Source: Candidatus Poribacteria bacterium (GTDB lineage Bacteria > Poribacteria > WGA-4E > WGA-3G). From it: a stretch of DNA of 64,000 bases. The notes beneath the pieces are model-generated. The model ran no database searches and was not told where the DNA came from. It saw only the letters and a list, made by a program, of their open reading frames with translations. The stretch covers positions 1,312,001 through 1,376,000 of the forward strand of contig OZ219753.1 of the NCBI GenBank assembly GCA_964291315.2. Direction: 5' to 3'. Each line of letters opens with the position of its first letter. Positions within the stretch are counted from its first letter, which is position 1. Shown in pieces: positions 39,434 through 50,900 of the stretch. The position numbers and the translations under genes are program-made.

Positions 39434-40228
39434 CTATAGACGGGCTATCAACCTTCTATAGAGCTCTTCAACAGTCGTCTCAGGAATGTCGGTCACTCCT
39501 TCTTTAGTGACGGTGTAAAACGTAGGGAAGATTTTCCGAATGAGATCAGGGCCACCTGTTGCTATATCCTCATCAGCAGCATCCCAGAGGGCTTCTGCGG
39601 CGATGTCAAGTGTTTCCGGATAGGCGATTCCTGGCTTATACCGTTTTTTAAGCGTCGCGCGTGCATCTTTGCCACCGGAGCCGATAGCGTAATAGTCCGC
39701 TTCCTCATAACGACCACCGACGGCATCATATTTAAATATCCTACCGCGTTGTTGTTTTAAGTCAAAACCGGCAAAGAGCGGCAAGACGACTAATCCCTGC
39801 ATAGCGAGCCCGAGGTTTGATCGTACTAAGTGGGCAAGGAAGTTTGCCTGCCCTTCCAAGCTCAGACGGATACCTTCCGTTTTTTCATAAAATTCAACTT
39901 CAACTTGGAAGAGCTTTGCCATCTCAATGCAAGGGCCGGCGGCTCCCGCAACAGCGATTGCAGAGTGCCGATCCACCGGATAGACTTTCTGGATCCGCCG
40001 CTCACCAACTTGATGCCCTTCTGTTGCCTGCCGGTCACCAGCCATAATAACCCCAGCATTATAGACCACAGCAAGCACTGTTGTCCCTTCATAATATTGG
40101 GCGGAGGACTCCGTTATAACGGAATTGGAACCAGTATTAGACGAATGGAGCCCTGTTAACAATTCAGGATGGCGACGTTTGAGGATTTCAAAGAAGTTAG
40201 CGGTGCCATAGTCGCTGAGATCAAGCAC
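39434..40228 (-). CDS. prcB: 20S proteasome beta subunit
   Basis: Propeptide followed by G-TT catalytic Thr; AGDRQAT, IGSGG and AADEDIATGG motifs. Confidence 0.95.
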   Translation of the reverse strand: MLDLSDYGTANFFEILKRRHPELLTGLHSSNTGSNSVITESSAQYYEGTTVLAVVYNAGVIMAGDRQATEGHQVGERRIQKVYPVDRHSAIAVAGAAGPCIEMAKLFQVEVEFYEKTEGIRLSLEGQANFLAHLVRSNLGLAMQGLVVLPLFAGFDLKQQRGRIFKYDAVGGRYEEADYYAIGSGGKDARATLKKRYKPGIAYPETLDIAAEALWDAADEDIATGGPDLIRKIFPTFYTVTKEGVTDIPETTVEELYRRLIARL

Positions 40229-40230
40229 TC

Positions 40231-40428
40231 CTATTGCCCTCCCCGCTGGATATAGTTTTCGACGAATTCCTGTGAATTTTCTTCCAAGATGTCATCAATT
40301 TCATCAAGGAGCGCATCTAAGTTTTCAACAAATTCCTCGTCCATTTCGCCCTGCTCAACGTTCGGCTGAATCTCTTCGGTTCCATCAACCTGCCGATCAA
40401 GGTGTTCCTGTTGTTTTTCAGTAGACAT
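40231..40428 (-). CDS. pup: Prokaryotic ubiquitin-like protein Pup
   Basis: 65 aa, acidic, ends LDALLDEIDDILEENSQEFVENYIQRGGQ; lies between dop and prcB. Confidence 0.93.
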   Translation of the reverse strand: MSTEKQQEHLDRQVDGTEEIQPNVEQGEMDEEFVENLDALLDEIDDILEENSQEFVENYIQRGGQ

Positions 40429-40505
40429 TGTTTTCTCCTTTTATACGTATCGGTATCTAATTAAAGCGTTTGTAGCGGTTGTGTTTTGTTCCGCTGCTAC
40501 AATTG

Positions 40506-42053
40506 CTACTGACTGTTGACCCCTGACGACTGCTTTGAAGCATCGCCTCGGATATCCCTAACGAGTTCCTCTGCTGTACAAGTATTCAGCAACTCGCCAA
40601 CGATCTGTTGTGTACCGAAGTGGGGGCGATCCATTATAATTTTGTCAAGCCCCCCTGACTTACTGATAAAAATCATTGAGTTCCAGCTTGCACTATAAAT
40701 GCTCTCTGGAAATTTCCGTAAACAGGTTCCGCGAAAGTATGCCCGCGTATCTATAGGTGGATAATGCATCGCATGCACAACTTCTTCGTGGCTCAGTAAA
40801 CGTTTAACATGACCATTCTTCGCTAGTCTCATATAGAGTCCTCTGTCTGGACGAAGATCATGGTATTGCAAGTCTAACATCTGGAGGTGTGAATCGTCCC
40901 ATTGATATCCATGGCGCCTCCGATAGGCATCCAGTAACTTTTTTTTGATAACCCAATCGAGATAGTGCCCTAATCGGCTCGGGTCAACCGCTAAGTTATC
41001 AAGCACGTACTGCCATTTTTCAAGTACATCTTCGATCACGGGGGTCCGTTCTTCAGCTGTGAGATGTTGCCGGGCCAGCTCAAGGTATGCGCGTTGCACC
41101 TCTATCGGGGTCCACGCCCTTCCGTCTTGGAGTTCTATCGGGTTTTTGCAGGAAAGATCGCGCGAGATGCTTTTTATCGCCGCGACCGGTTCCTTCAAAC
41201 TAAATTGATCTTCGACAACCCCCTTTTCAATCAGCTGGAGTGCAATCATAGTAATACCAGCCTTGAGATAGATGCTGAACTCCGACATGTTAGAATCACC
41301 AACGATGACATGCAACCGGCGATAGTGTTTGTCATCTGCGTGTGGTTCATCGCGCGTGTTAATGAGCGGCCGATTTACCATAGTACTCAGCCCCACTTCT
41401 TGTTCAAAGAAGTCGGCACGCTGAGAAATTTGATAATCTATGGTGTCAGCCGTATTTTCGGCACCGACTTTGCCGCTCCCGGTAATAATAATGCGAGTGA
41501 CAAGGAACGGGATTAAGCCATCAATAATGTCCTCAAACGGAATTTTTCGGGACATGAGGTAGTTCTCATGTGACCCGTAACTATGCCCCTTGTAATCGGT
41601 ATTGTTTTTATAGATGATAATCTCTTGATTGTCAAGCAGCAAACGTCCAGCTGCGGCTCTACTGACCTCTAATATTAATTCTCCTGCTTTTTCATACAGG
41701 AGCAGGTCGCGCGGGTTACTACATTCAGGCGTGCAATATTCAGGATGCGCGTGGTCCACATAATAACGTCCACCGTTTATCAAGATGTCGTTGACAGTGC
41801 TACCTGTGTCGGGCTCCGCAGGAATCCGATCCGCCTCGGCTTGAAACCCGCGGGCATCCATTAACGGACTCTCTTGTTCATAATCCCACGTGACAGAAGC
41901 ACCAGGGCTCGGCAGATCCGCGACGCAGCTTTTATACGCATTGACTACCAAAGTAGAGGCAGCGACGGGGTCTTGCTCACGCGCGTTTTTGACTGAGATA
42001 CCATACTCAGTCTCTGTTCCCATTATTATAGGAGTTCGCATTTTTTTCGCCAT
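40506..42053 (-). CDS. dop: Pup deamidase/depupylase
   Basis: GTETEYGI, Dop loop WDYEQESPLMDARGF, YVDHAHPEY and TRAYFRG motifs. Confidence 0.93.
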   Translation of the reverse strand: MAKKMRTPIIMGTETEYGISVKNAREQDPVAASTLVVNAYKSCVADLPSPGASVTWDYEQESPLMDARGFQAEADRIPAEPDTGSTVNDILINGGRYYVDHAHPEYCTPECSNPRDLLLYEKAGELILEVSRAAAGRLLLDNQEIIIYKNNTDYKGHSYGSHENYLMSRKIPFEDIIDGLIPFLVTRIIITGSGKVGAENTADTIDYQISQRADFFEQEVGLSTMVNRPLINTRDEPHADDKHYRRLHVIVGDSNMSEFSIYLKAGITMIALQLIEKGVVEDQFSLKEPVAAIKSISRDLSCKNPIELQDGRAWTPIEVQRAYLELARQHLTAEERTPVIEDVLEKWQYVLDNLAVDPSRLGHYLDWVIKKKLLDAYRRRHGYQWDDSHLQMLDLQYHDLRPDRGLYMRLAKNGHVKRLLSHEEVVHAMHYPPIDTRAYFRGTCLRKFPESIYSASWNSMIFISKSGGLDKIIMDRPHFGTQQIVGELLNTCTAEELVRDIRGDASKQSSGVNSQ

Positions 42054-42140
42054 CGATAATTCATTGCGGCGGTTGCTGACGTTTGCACCTATCAAGACCG
42101 TTTTAGCTTCCAGCAACCGACAGTCCATAGCTGAAAGCCA

Positions 42141-43940
42141 TCAAAGAAAAGTGCCCCCGCGGGTTACACGGACGCTCTGTTTTTTCTCTTGTGTAGGTTC
42201 GTTAATCAAGGCACGGATATTGACAATCTTTTCGCCTTTACGACCAGAAATTTTCGCCCAATCGTCGGGATTTGTCGTGTTCGGCAGGTCCTCGTTTTCT
42301 TGATACTCTTCTTGGATAGCTCCTTTCAGATCATCAAGGCGCATCCCTTTTTCCAACCCATCAGAACCGATAAACCGCTTGATCGCTGTTTTCTTTGCGC
42401 GGGACACGATGTTCTCAATCATCGCACCACTGACAAAATCCTTGAAAAAGAGGGTCTCGCGTTCTCCGCGGGCGTAAGTTACTTCAATAAATCGATTCTT
42501 CTCAGTGGTTGCATACATTTCGTCTACCGCTTCAGTAATAAAGTGTTTTGCGATTGCCTCAGGATCCCCCTCGAATTGCTGGCGGGTATCCTCAGAAAAG
42601 GGCAGCTCTGGTGTTAGGTATATGCCGAAGATGTCTTTAGCACCCTCCGGGCTGGGGCGGTCGATTTTAATCTTAATGTCTAGTCTGCCGGGCCGTAAAA
42701 CCGCTGGATCAAGCAGATCTTGACGGTTGCTAGCTCCAATGACAATTACGTCTCGTAGGTTCTCTATGCCATCAATCTCGGCGAGAAACTGCGGCACAAG
42801 GGTTGACTCCATATCCGATGAGATTCCCATACCTCTGGATCGGAACAGTGAGTCCATTTCGTCAAAGAAGATAATAACCGGGAAACCTTCTCTGGACTTA
42901 TCTCGTGCCTTCTGAAATATCTCTCGAATTTTACGTTCAGTTTCACCAACGTACTTATTGAGGAGCTCGGGGCCCTTGATATTAATAAAATAGCCGCGCA
43001 CTTCGTCCCGGCCGGTTTGCTTGCGAACCCGCTCCGCAATCCCGCTGGCAACCGCACGAGCTATCAAAGTTTTGCCACACCCCGGGGGGCCGTAGAGAAG
43101 CACACCTTTAGGGGGCGAGAGGTTGAATTCTTCGTACTCCTTCGGATACAGATACGGCATCTCAATAGCATCGCGAATTGCCTCTATCTGTGTATCAAGA
43201 CCTCCGATGTCAGCGTATCCGATGTCTGGTACCTCTTCGAGAAAGAGATCTTCAACTTCATGTTTGGGAAGTTTCTCCATGAGCATACTTGTGGTATGGT
43301 TGAGAAGCACGTTATCCCCAGTTTTCAAAACGACCTCTTTGAGAGCTGCAGCGACTCTAACGACACGCTCTTCGTCCATGCGTAAACTAACGATAGCAAG
43401 TTCATCGTCAATCCGTTCTTTAATTTTCACGACCTCGCCATGCCTCTCGGCAGCCTTAACGCCGACAACATTCATCCCGCTGTTGACGATAACTTCCTGT
43501 CCGACCGAGATATCTTGTGCCTTGAGTCCCGGATCAAGATTGACCCGCCATTTTCTGCCGGTAATGTCGACATCAACGGTGCCGTCTTCGTTTGCACCCA
43601 GGAAAACCGCATAATTATTTGGCGGTGCGCTCAGCTGTTCAACCTTTTCCCTGAGTATCTGGAGTTTTTCTTTGGCTTCTTGTAGGGTCCCCGTCAACTT
43701 CTTGTTTCGACGATGCGCCGTCATCAACTCACGCTGCATCTCATAGAGTCGACTTTCAAGATCTTTAACATAGGCTGCACGTTGCTGCTGCCGCATGCCT
43801 TCGAGCTCATCTTGAAGCATATCAACCGTCCCTTGGAGCGTACGAATCTGCTGTTGATACCAGACAGCATCAAATGTATCTTGCTCTTCAAAGGAATCCT
43901 TGGAATTTCCTCTTTTGATAGCCATACGTGAAATTCTCAC
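42141..43940 (-). CDS. arc: Proteasome-associated AAA ATPase (ARC/Mpa)
   Basis: N-terminal coiled coil, PP hinge, OB domains, GPPGCGKT, FFDEMD and EDLPNTTNPDDWAKISG motifs. Confidence 0.95.
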   Translation of the reverse strand: MRISRMAIKRGNSKDSFEEQDTFDAVWYQQQIRTLQGTVDMLQDELEGMRQQQRAAYVKDLESRLYEMQRELMTAHRRNKKLTGTLQEAKEKLQILREKVEQLSAPPNNYAVFLGANEDGTVDVDITGRKWRVNLDPGLKAQDISVGQEVIVNSGMNVVGVKAAERHGEVVKIKERIDDELAIVSLRMDEERVVRVAAALKEVVLKTGDNVLLNHTTSMLMEKLPKHEVEDLFLEEVPDIGYADIGGLDTQIEAIRDAIEMPYLYPKEYEEFNLSPPKGVLLYGPPGCGKTLIARAVASGIAERVRKQTGRDEVRGYFINIKGPELLNKYVGETERKIREIFQKARDKSREGFPVIIFFDEMDSLFRSRGMGISSDMESTLVPQFLAEIDGIENLRDVIVIGASNRQDLLDPAVLRPGRLDIKIKIDRPSPEGAKDIFGIYLTPELPFSEDTRQQFEGDPEAIAKHFITEAVDEMYATTEKNRFIEVTYARGERETLFFKDFVSGAMIENIVSRAKKTAIKRFIGSDGLEKGMRLDDLKGAIQEEYQENEDLPNTTNPDDWAKISGRKGEKIVNIRALINEPTQEKKQSVRVTRGGTFL

Positions 43941-44047
43941 TTTCCAAAACGTATTTTTGACCTCACCGGTGACAGCGAAGATCGGATAGACAAATAAATA
44001 GCCTCAATCGGGCTTCAGGCTTTACGCTAATCATCTCTATTCATTAG

Positions 44048-44076
44048 AGTATAGCACACCGAAAATTTTGTGTCAA
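44048..44076 (-). promoter_or_regulatory. Strong sigma70 promoter of the Pup-proteasome operon
   Basis: Minus strand TTGACA-N17-TATACT with TGn. Confidence 0.75.
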
Positions 44077-44207
44077 GAAAAAATTACAGACTCCGTTTCA
44101 TCAACCCGCTCAGGCGATTTCATATACCTGAAAATTGGAAACTTTAAACGAAAAACGGGCGGTATCAGAAATTCGTGCCGTAAAGGTCCAGCACTTCACG
44201 CTATAGC

Positions 44208-45251
44208 CTACCCTTCGTCTTCCGTGTCTTCTTCAGGAATCGCCCCCGCTGTTGGGGGGAGTGACAGATTCAGCGATTCTCGTATCTTGGCTTCTATCTC
44301 TGCCATAATCTCCGGATTATCTTCGAGATATTTCTTAGAGTTCGTCCTGCCTTGACCGATGCGTTCTCCGTTGTAAGCGAACCAAGAGCCGCTCTTCTGA
44401 ATAAATTCTCTGTCAACAGCAATATCTAAGAGATTGCCCTCTTTGGATATCCCCTTCCCGAAGGTCAAATCGTACTCTGTCTCTTTAAAAGGCGGGGCAA
44501 CTTTATTCTTTACGACCTTGATCCGGACGCTACTCCCAAGGACGTCAGTACCCTCTTTGATCTGTTTACCGCGGCGGAGTTCTAAACGAACAGAGGCATG
44601 AAACTTAAGGGCGAGTCCACCCGGCGTCGTATCCGGGTTACCGAACATGATTCCAATTTTTTGGCGGATCTGGTTGGTAAAAATGACACACGTCCGAGAT
44701 TTATTGGTGACCCCCGACAATTTACGAAGTGCCTTAGACATCAAGCGAGGCAGCAGTCCAACGTGTGCATCGCCCATTTCGCCCTCAATTTCAGCTTGCG
44801 GGGTTAAGGCTGCCACAGAGTCAACAACAACGACATCAATAGCCCCACTGCGAATGAGAGTCTCAACAATTTCCAAGGCTTGTTCCCCGGCATCAGGCTG
44901 CGCGATCAGCAAGTTTTCCATGTTGACCCCGATACTTCGAGCGTACGTCGTATCGAGGGCGTGCTCAACATCAATGAAGACAGCTGTGCCCCCCAATTTT
45001 TGGGCTTCAGCCACAATATGGAGCGCCAAAGTGGTTTTCCCTGTGCCTTCATGTCCAAAAATTTCGGTGATCCTGCCGCGCGGGACTCCCCCGACACCGA
45101 GCGCGAGGTCAAGTGAAAGAGCCCCTGTTGGAATTGCCTCAACAGGCACCACCTCGTCACTAGCGAGGCGCATAATGGAACCCTTACCAAATTCACGTTC
45201 TACTTGTGAGATCGCTTGGTTAATCGCTTGCTGCTTTTGTTCATCTTGCAT
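44208..45251 (-). CDS. recA: Recombinase RecA
   Basis: [34 protein letters not shown] and KNKVAPPF motifs. Confidence 0.98.
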   Translation of the reverse strand: MQDEQKQQAINQAISQVEREFGKGSIMRLASDEVVPVEAIPTGALSLDLALGVGGVPRGRITEIFGHEGTGKTTLALHIVAEAQKLGGTAVFIDVEHALDTTYARSIGVNMENLLIAQPDAGEQALEIVETLIRSGAIDVVVVDSVAALTPQAEIEGEMGDAHVGLLPRLMSKALRKLSGVTNKSRTCVIFTNQIRQKIGIMFGNPDTTPGGLALKFHASVRLELRRGKQIKEGTDVLGSSVRIKVVKNKVAPPFKETEYDLTFGKGISKEGNLLDIAVDREFIQKSGSWFAYNGERIGQGRTNSKKYLEDNPEIMAEIEAKIRESLNLSLPPTAGAIPEEDTEDEG

Positions 45252-45311
45252 GTTTTAGCGGTTTCTCCTTTATGGCACCTACTGCCAAAAATAGTTTTTT
45301 GTATTCTGGAA

Positions 45312-45896
45312 TTACGTAGAAAAATGACATAAGTTCAACGGCGTATAGACCGCCCCGTTCGGATGCAGGCGACTCTGCATGAGTGTCATTTCGTTCACAT
45401 TCATGAGAGCCCCGTCAATTGTATCGTATCGTTGTAGCATGTCTCTCAACGGTTTCAGATTCATCGGAGCTCGAAGCCGGGCAACTGTAAGGTGTGGATG
45501 AAAACGTTTGTCTATAGCGAAACCGAGATGCCTTAGCTCAAGATTTACGACACTTGCAAGACGTGAGACGGTCGGCGCCCCATGTTTGACACCTACCCAC
45601 AGCACACGCGGACGACTCAAATTTGGAAACGCCCCGATCTTACCGAATTCAATCGAAAAGGAGGATTGGACAGCTGCCAAGCTTTGCATGACTTTACCGA
45701 CACCTTCAACTGCTGGCGCGTGAACATCGCCCAAAAACTTTAGCGTGAGATGAAAGTTTCCAAATTTTGTCCATGAAGCTTTACGAATCTCCGGGTTAAG
45801 GCAGGTTTGCATGTGTTGCAGCGACTTTTGTATCGATTGCGGTATCTCAATAGCCACAAAGCAGCGAACAATCCCACGTTTAGCCGCCATGATCAT
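45312..45896 (-). CDS. thpR: RNA 2',3'-cyclic phosphodiesterase (2'-5' RNA ligase family)
   Basis: Two HxT motifs (HLTLKFLG, HPHLTVAR); located upstream of recA. Confidence 0.92.
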   Translation of the reverse strand: MIMAAKRGIVRCFVAIEIPQSIQKSLQHMQTCLNPEIRKASWTKFGNFHLTLKFLGDVHAPAVEGVGKVMQSLAAVQSSFSIEFGKIGAFPNLSRPRVLWVGVKHGAPTVSRLASVVNLELRHLGFAIDKRFHPHLTVARLRAPMNLKPLRDMLQRYDTIDGALMNVNEMTLMQSRLHPNGAVYTPLNLCHFST

Positions 45897-46513
45897 GCCC
45901 CTGTTTCCGGATCGTAACGTCTCAAATGCGCCAAGGCAAACAAAAATTTGCGGTTGTTGACGAGAAATTCCACGCCGGATGCAACAGTGAGAATTAGGGG
46001 TAAAAGCATCATAAAAAAGATGGGGCCCCGGTTCCGCACAATTAATGCCGAATTCAACTCGCTCTGAAAAGCGAGCAGAGCTAAACCCGCAGCCGCTACA
46101 ATCAGCTGCGAAACCATCTTATACTTCCCCCATTGGCTTGCCGAAACAACTCGTCCATATTTTGTCATAAAAACGACTCGCAAAATTGTAACGAGGACTT
46201 CACGCCCCATGATGATGACAACCATCCACATCGGAATAAGCCCATCTTCAACATGTTTAAAGAAAGCGAGACAGAGTAAAGTAGCACCAATGAGCAGCTT
46301 GTCAGCAAGCGGATCCATAAATTTTCCGAAACTAGTCACGCCTTGCCTTCGCGCGATTCTGCCATCAAGATTGTCTGTTACTGCCGCAATAAGAAAAATA
46401 ATGAGCGCTGGAACCATCATATCTGTCTGAAAACAGAATATGAATGGCGGTATCAAGAATAAACGTAACAGCGTCAGAAGATTTGCTAACCGCAAAAGGA
46501 CACTGAAATTCAT
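45893..46513 (-). CDS. pgsA: CDP-diacylglycerol--glycerol-3-phosphate 3-phosphatidyltransferase
   Basis: TDNLDGRIARR...GKFMDPLADK motif. Confidence 0.9.
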   Translation of the reverse strand: MNFSVLLRLANLLTLLRLFLIPPFIFCFQTDMMVPALIIFLIAAVTDNLDGRIARRQGVTSFGKFMDPLADKLLIGATLLCLAFFKHVEDGLIPMWMVVIIMGREVLVTILRVVFMTKYGRVVSASQWGKYKMVSQLIVAAAGLALLAFQSELNSALIVRNRGPIFFMMLLPLILTVASGVEFLVNNRKFLFALAHLRRYDPETGA

Positions 46514-46555
46514 ATTATATTGGAAAAATGTTAGAGATACCCTAATCGGAGCTCT

Positions 46556-47302
46556 CTATTTTTTTTCGGAAAGATCGATCACCTCAGCATCTTCAGGCAC
46601 AACAAACCTGAAAAGATCCCGTGCCAACTGTTTATCTCTTTCAATCTGTGTGAGCTTGACAATGACGCTCTGACGGGTTCCGTCCTCAAATCGGGTTTCG
46701 TAGCCAAATTGCACAGGTAGCCATTCACCCGTCTTTACCCAAATTTGCAGCGTTTCCTGGGCGTTCGTACTTACCATATGAAGTTTAGGCTGCAGCTCGA
46801 TGTGATGGATCCCTTTCGGGTTTGCAAATTCGTCGGGAATCAACGCCATATCATAGTTCTGTTGAACATTCTCAAGCGAGGCCCCGATACCGGGAAACAA
46901 CTCTCGCCGTTCCGGATTGTTCAACTTCATCTTATTGACTTGGTTGAGTATAGGTGTATAGGTCCAACCGTATTCCCCATCCAAAACAGTGAGTTGGACA
47001 ACTTTTGAGGTATCTTTCCGATCGACGTATTCTTTGCGGAGCAGATTTGGTCTACGGAATATAAAGCGCCCACGGGCGACGCTCTTCTTATTCGCGAAGA
47101 GCGTGGTTTCCTCAAAGTTCGCACTAAAATTTTCAGACTTCTCATAAGCCGTTTTGAAATTATGAAAAATTTCATCGACAGTTTGAGGATATACACGGTT
47201 GGCAGATAGTAGGAAGAGGAGGATAACTGCTACCAGCCACTTTTCAAAATGTGAGGGTTTGCGCAAAATTCTGCCTCTACCTCTATAGGTCCGCCGAATC
47301 AT
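46556..47302 (-). CDS. lolA: Outer-membrane lipoprotein carrier LolA-family protein
   Basis: Signal peptide, FSANFEE, GRFIFRRPN and LFRFVVPEDAEVID. Confidence 0.8.
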   Translation of the reverse strand: MIRRTYRGRGRILRKPSHFEKWLVAVILLFLLSANRVYPQTVDEIFHNFKTAYEKSENFSANFEETTLFANKKSVARGRFIFRRPNLLRKEYVDRKDTSKVVQLTVLDGEYGWTYTPILNQVNKMKLNNPERRELFPGIGASLENVQQNYDMALIPDEFANPKGIHHIELQPKLHMVSTNAQETLQIWVKTGEWLPVQFGYETRFEDGTRQSVIVKLTQIERDKQLARDLFRFVVPEDAEVIDLSEKK

Positions 47303-47365
47303 TTCATCACCCTTTCCTATTTGACCAAATTGTGTGTTGGAAAACTAATTTCATACTATTATAGT

Positions 47366-47395
47366 ATTATAGCACAATCTATTTTCATATGTCAA
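47366..47395 (-). promoter_or_regulatory. Sigma70 promoter of lolA-pgsA-thpR-recA
   Basis: Minus strand TTGACA-N18-TATAAT with TGn. Confidence 0.65.
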
Positions 47396-47401
47396 TCTTT
47401 T

Positions 47402-47779
47402 TCAATTAGCCAAGCGCGTCCAATCGGTTAGGATAACTTCAAGACCCTCGGGGTCGTCTAATGCACAAAAAACGAGACGCTCTAATACTTGGGCAATAGA
47501 CTCATCGCGGAATATCGCCTGAAACCAGTTTGCAAAGCTCTTAATTGCCTCTGGAGATTCGGCAGATGCCCAGAAGACGACACGACAAAAATCGAGGCCT
47601 TCGTCCACCCGCTTGTCAGAAATCTGAACATTTTGCGGAAAATCCCGAAAAATCGGCAAAAGGTCCGCCACTAACATCACTAGGTCATGATTGAGATACG
47701 ATATCTCTGGCAGAATATCGAAATGGACAGCATATTTATGTAACGGTAAATCCTGGCGGATATCGCCTCGGTTTTGCAT
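47402..47779 (-). CDS. Hypothetical protein
   Basis: 125-aa ORF with a GGAG RBS filling the intergenic space; no recognised motif. Confidence 0.6.
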   Translation of the reverse strand: MQNRGDIRQDLPLHKYAVHFDILPEISYLNHDLVMLVADLLPIFRDFPQNVQISDKRVDEGLDFCRVVFWASAESPEAIKSFANWFQAIFRDESIAQVLERLVFCALDDPEGLEVILTDWTRLAN

Positions 47780-47912
47780 AGGTTTCTCCAGACTTTAAGT
47801 GGACAAAACGGTGTCCAACGTGGTATACTATCTTGTAGCTTTAATGCATAGGCACTAGGACGTTTGGGCAATGTAGGCACGTGCATCTATCAAAGGACAC
47901 AATATATATTCT

Positions 47913-50900
47913 ATGGCACATTCTCAACAAATAACACTTAAAAATGAACTGAAGAAGCGGATCCTGGTCCTTGACGGGGCGATGGGATCACTGCTACAAA
48001 CCTACCGATTGACAGAAGACGATTTCCGTGGGGAAAAATTTGCCAATCACCCTTGTGAGCTCAAAGGTTACAACGATCTGCTTTCAATAACGCAACCCCA
48101 CATCGTAAGAGAAATACATGCCAACTATTGCAATGCCGGGGCGGACATCATCGAAACAAATACCTTTACCAGTACATCGATATCAATGGCGGACTATCAG
48201 CTTCAGGATATTGCCTATCAAGTTAACTATGCAGCTGCACGCATCGCCCGCGAGGTTGCAGATAAATGGACATCACCGGACAAACCACGTTTCGTTGCCG
48301 GGAGCATGGGACCTACCAATCGAAGCTGCTCCATTTCGCCACATGTGAACGATCCGGGCTATCGGAATATCACCTTTTCACAACTTGTCTCTGCATATAC
48401 CACACAAGCGGAAGGCCTGATTGATGGCGGCGTTGACCTCATCCTTATCGAGACCGTCATGGATACACTTAACTGTAAAGCCGCACTCTTTGCCGTACAA
48501 GCCCTCATTGAAACAAGAGCTATTGACATGCCACTCATCGTCTCCTCCGACAGAAGCGGCGGCGGCGGCAGAAACCTCTCCGGACAAACAGTCGAAGCTT
48601 TTTGGAACTCTGTTCGACATGCCGATTTGAGCGCTGTAGGGCTGAACTGCGGCTTCGGCTCGCAACAGATTCGCCCCTACCTTGCCGAAATGTCCAAAAT
48701 AGCCGATATACCTGTTATCTGTTATCCGAACGCCGGGCTTCCGAATGAACTCGGACACTACACACAGACCCCCGAAGAAATGGGTAATTGGATGCGCGAA
48801 TTCGCAGAAAACCAACTCGTCAACATCGTCGGCGGTTGCTGCGGCAGCCACCCTGAACATATTGAAGCTGTTGCTAAGATCGCCGCTGAATACCCACCCC
48901 GCGAACCTAGACCACAAAAACACGCCTGCCGCCTCAGCGGCTTGGAGGCGTTCAACATCACGCCCGACTCTCTCTTTGTTAACGTTGGAGAACGCACAAA
49001 CGTAACGGGATCGCGCCGATTCGCAACACTCATCAAAAACGATGACTATGAGACAGCCTTAGAAGTGGCACGTGACCAAGTGGAAAACGGGGCACAGATG
49101 GTTGACATCAACATGGACGCGAGTATGTTAGACGCCAAAACCGCAATGGTCAAGTTCCTTAACCTCATTGCAGCAGAACCCGACATCAGTCGAGTGCCTA
49201 TCATGCTAGATTCCAGCCGATGGGAGGTTATAGAAGCAGGATTAGCGTGTGTTCAGGGCAAGGGTGTCGTCAACTCAATTAGTTTAAAAGAGGGCGAGGA
49301 AGACTTCTTATCAAAGGCACGCCAAGTCCGCCAATATGGTGCAGCGGTTATCGTCATGGCCTTCGACGAAGACGGACAAGCGGATACCCGCGAACGGAAG
49401 GTGGAAATCTGCCGTAGAGCATATCGACTCTTGACAGAAGAGGCCGGGTTGCCCCCAGAGGACATTATCTTCGATCCCAATATTTTTGCGGTTGCAACAG
49501 GTATTGAGGAACATAACGCATACGCAAAGGCATTTATAGAGGCGTGTGAAGAAATCAAAACCGCATGCCCACACGCCCTCCTCAGTGGCGGTGTCAGCAA
49601 TATTTCATTCGCTTTCCGGGGTAATGATGCCATCAGAGAGGCGATGCACGCAGCCTTTCTCTATCATGCGATTAACGCCGGCATGGACATGGGAATCGTC
49701 AACGCCGGGCAGCTCGCTGTCTATGACGATTTGCCAAAGCCACTTTTGGAGGCAGTAGAAGATGTTTTGTTCGATCGCAGAGAAGACGCGACCGAACGCC
49801 TCGTTAATCTCGCTAACACGCTGCGCGGAAAAGGCAAAAAGAAGCGTGTGAATCGGAGATGGCGCAAATTGCCGGTTGAAGAGCGACTCCGTCATGCACT
49901 CGTTGAAGGAATCCTTGAATACATTGAAGCGGACACAGAGGAAGCACGGCAAAGCTACGAACGTCCGATACAGGTGATTGAGGGGCCATTGATGGACGGC
50001 ATGAACCGCGTCGGTGAACTTTTTGGGGACGGGAAAATGTTCCTACCCCAAGTGGTGAAAAGCGCACGCGTGATGAAAAAAGCTGTCGCACACCTCACCC
50101 CCTACATTGAAAAGGAACAAGCAGCCGGCGCTATCCCATCGAGAGGCAAAATTGTGATGGCAACCGTGAAGGGCGATGTTCACGACATCGGGAAAAATAT
50201 CGTCGGAGTTGTACTCGGATGCAACAACTACGATATTGTCGACCTCGGGGTCATGGTCCCTGCAGAAGATATACTGGAAACCGCTCGCAAAGAAAACGCT
50301 GATATCATCGGATTGAGTGGACTCATCACTCCTTCATTAGATGAAATGGTAAACGTCGCCGAAGAGATGGAACGTGAAGGTTTTCGGATACCGCTGCTCA
50401 TCGGCGGGGCGACGACCTCAAAGGTGCATACCGCTGTTCAGATCGAAACGGCTTATAGCGGCTTAACAGTTCACGTCAAAGATGCCTCCCGAAGCGTGGG
50501 GGTTGTCGGCAATTTAATGAACAACGAAAAACAGCAGAAATTCACACAGCAGACGCGGGAGGAATACGCAGATATTCGGGAACGACGTGCAAAACATCGG
50601 AAACAGGCGAAGCTGCTACCGTTTGACGTGGCACAACAGCGGAAATTTACGCCGGATTGGCGGAGCTATCGCCCCGCTACGCCCCAACAGCTCGGCACCC
50701 AAGTCTTTGACGATTATCCGTTAGCCAAACTCATAGATTATATCGATTGGAGCCCCTTTTTCACCACCTGGGGACTCCGCGGGAAATACCCCGATATCTT
50801 GGAACACGCGGACGTCGGGACGGAAGCCCGTAGACTGCTTAAAGACGCAAAAACACTTCTCTATACCATCATTGAGCAGAAAAAACTCCAAGCCCGGGCT

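Noticed and set aside
47780-47912. SAM, SAH or cobalamin riboswitch upstream of metH
   Set aside because: The leader is short and I recognised no consensus elements.
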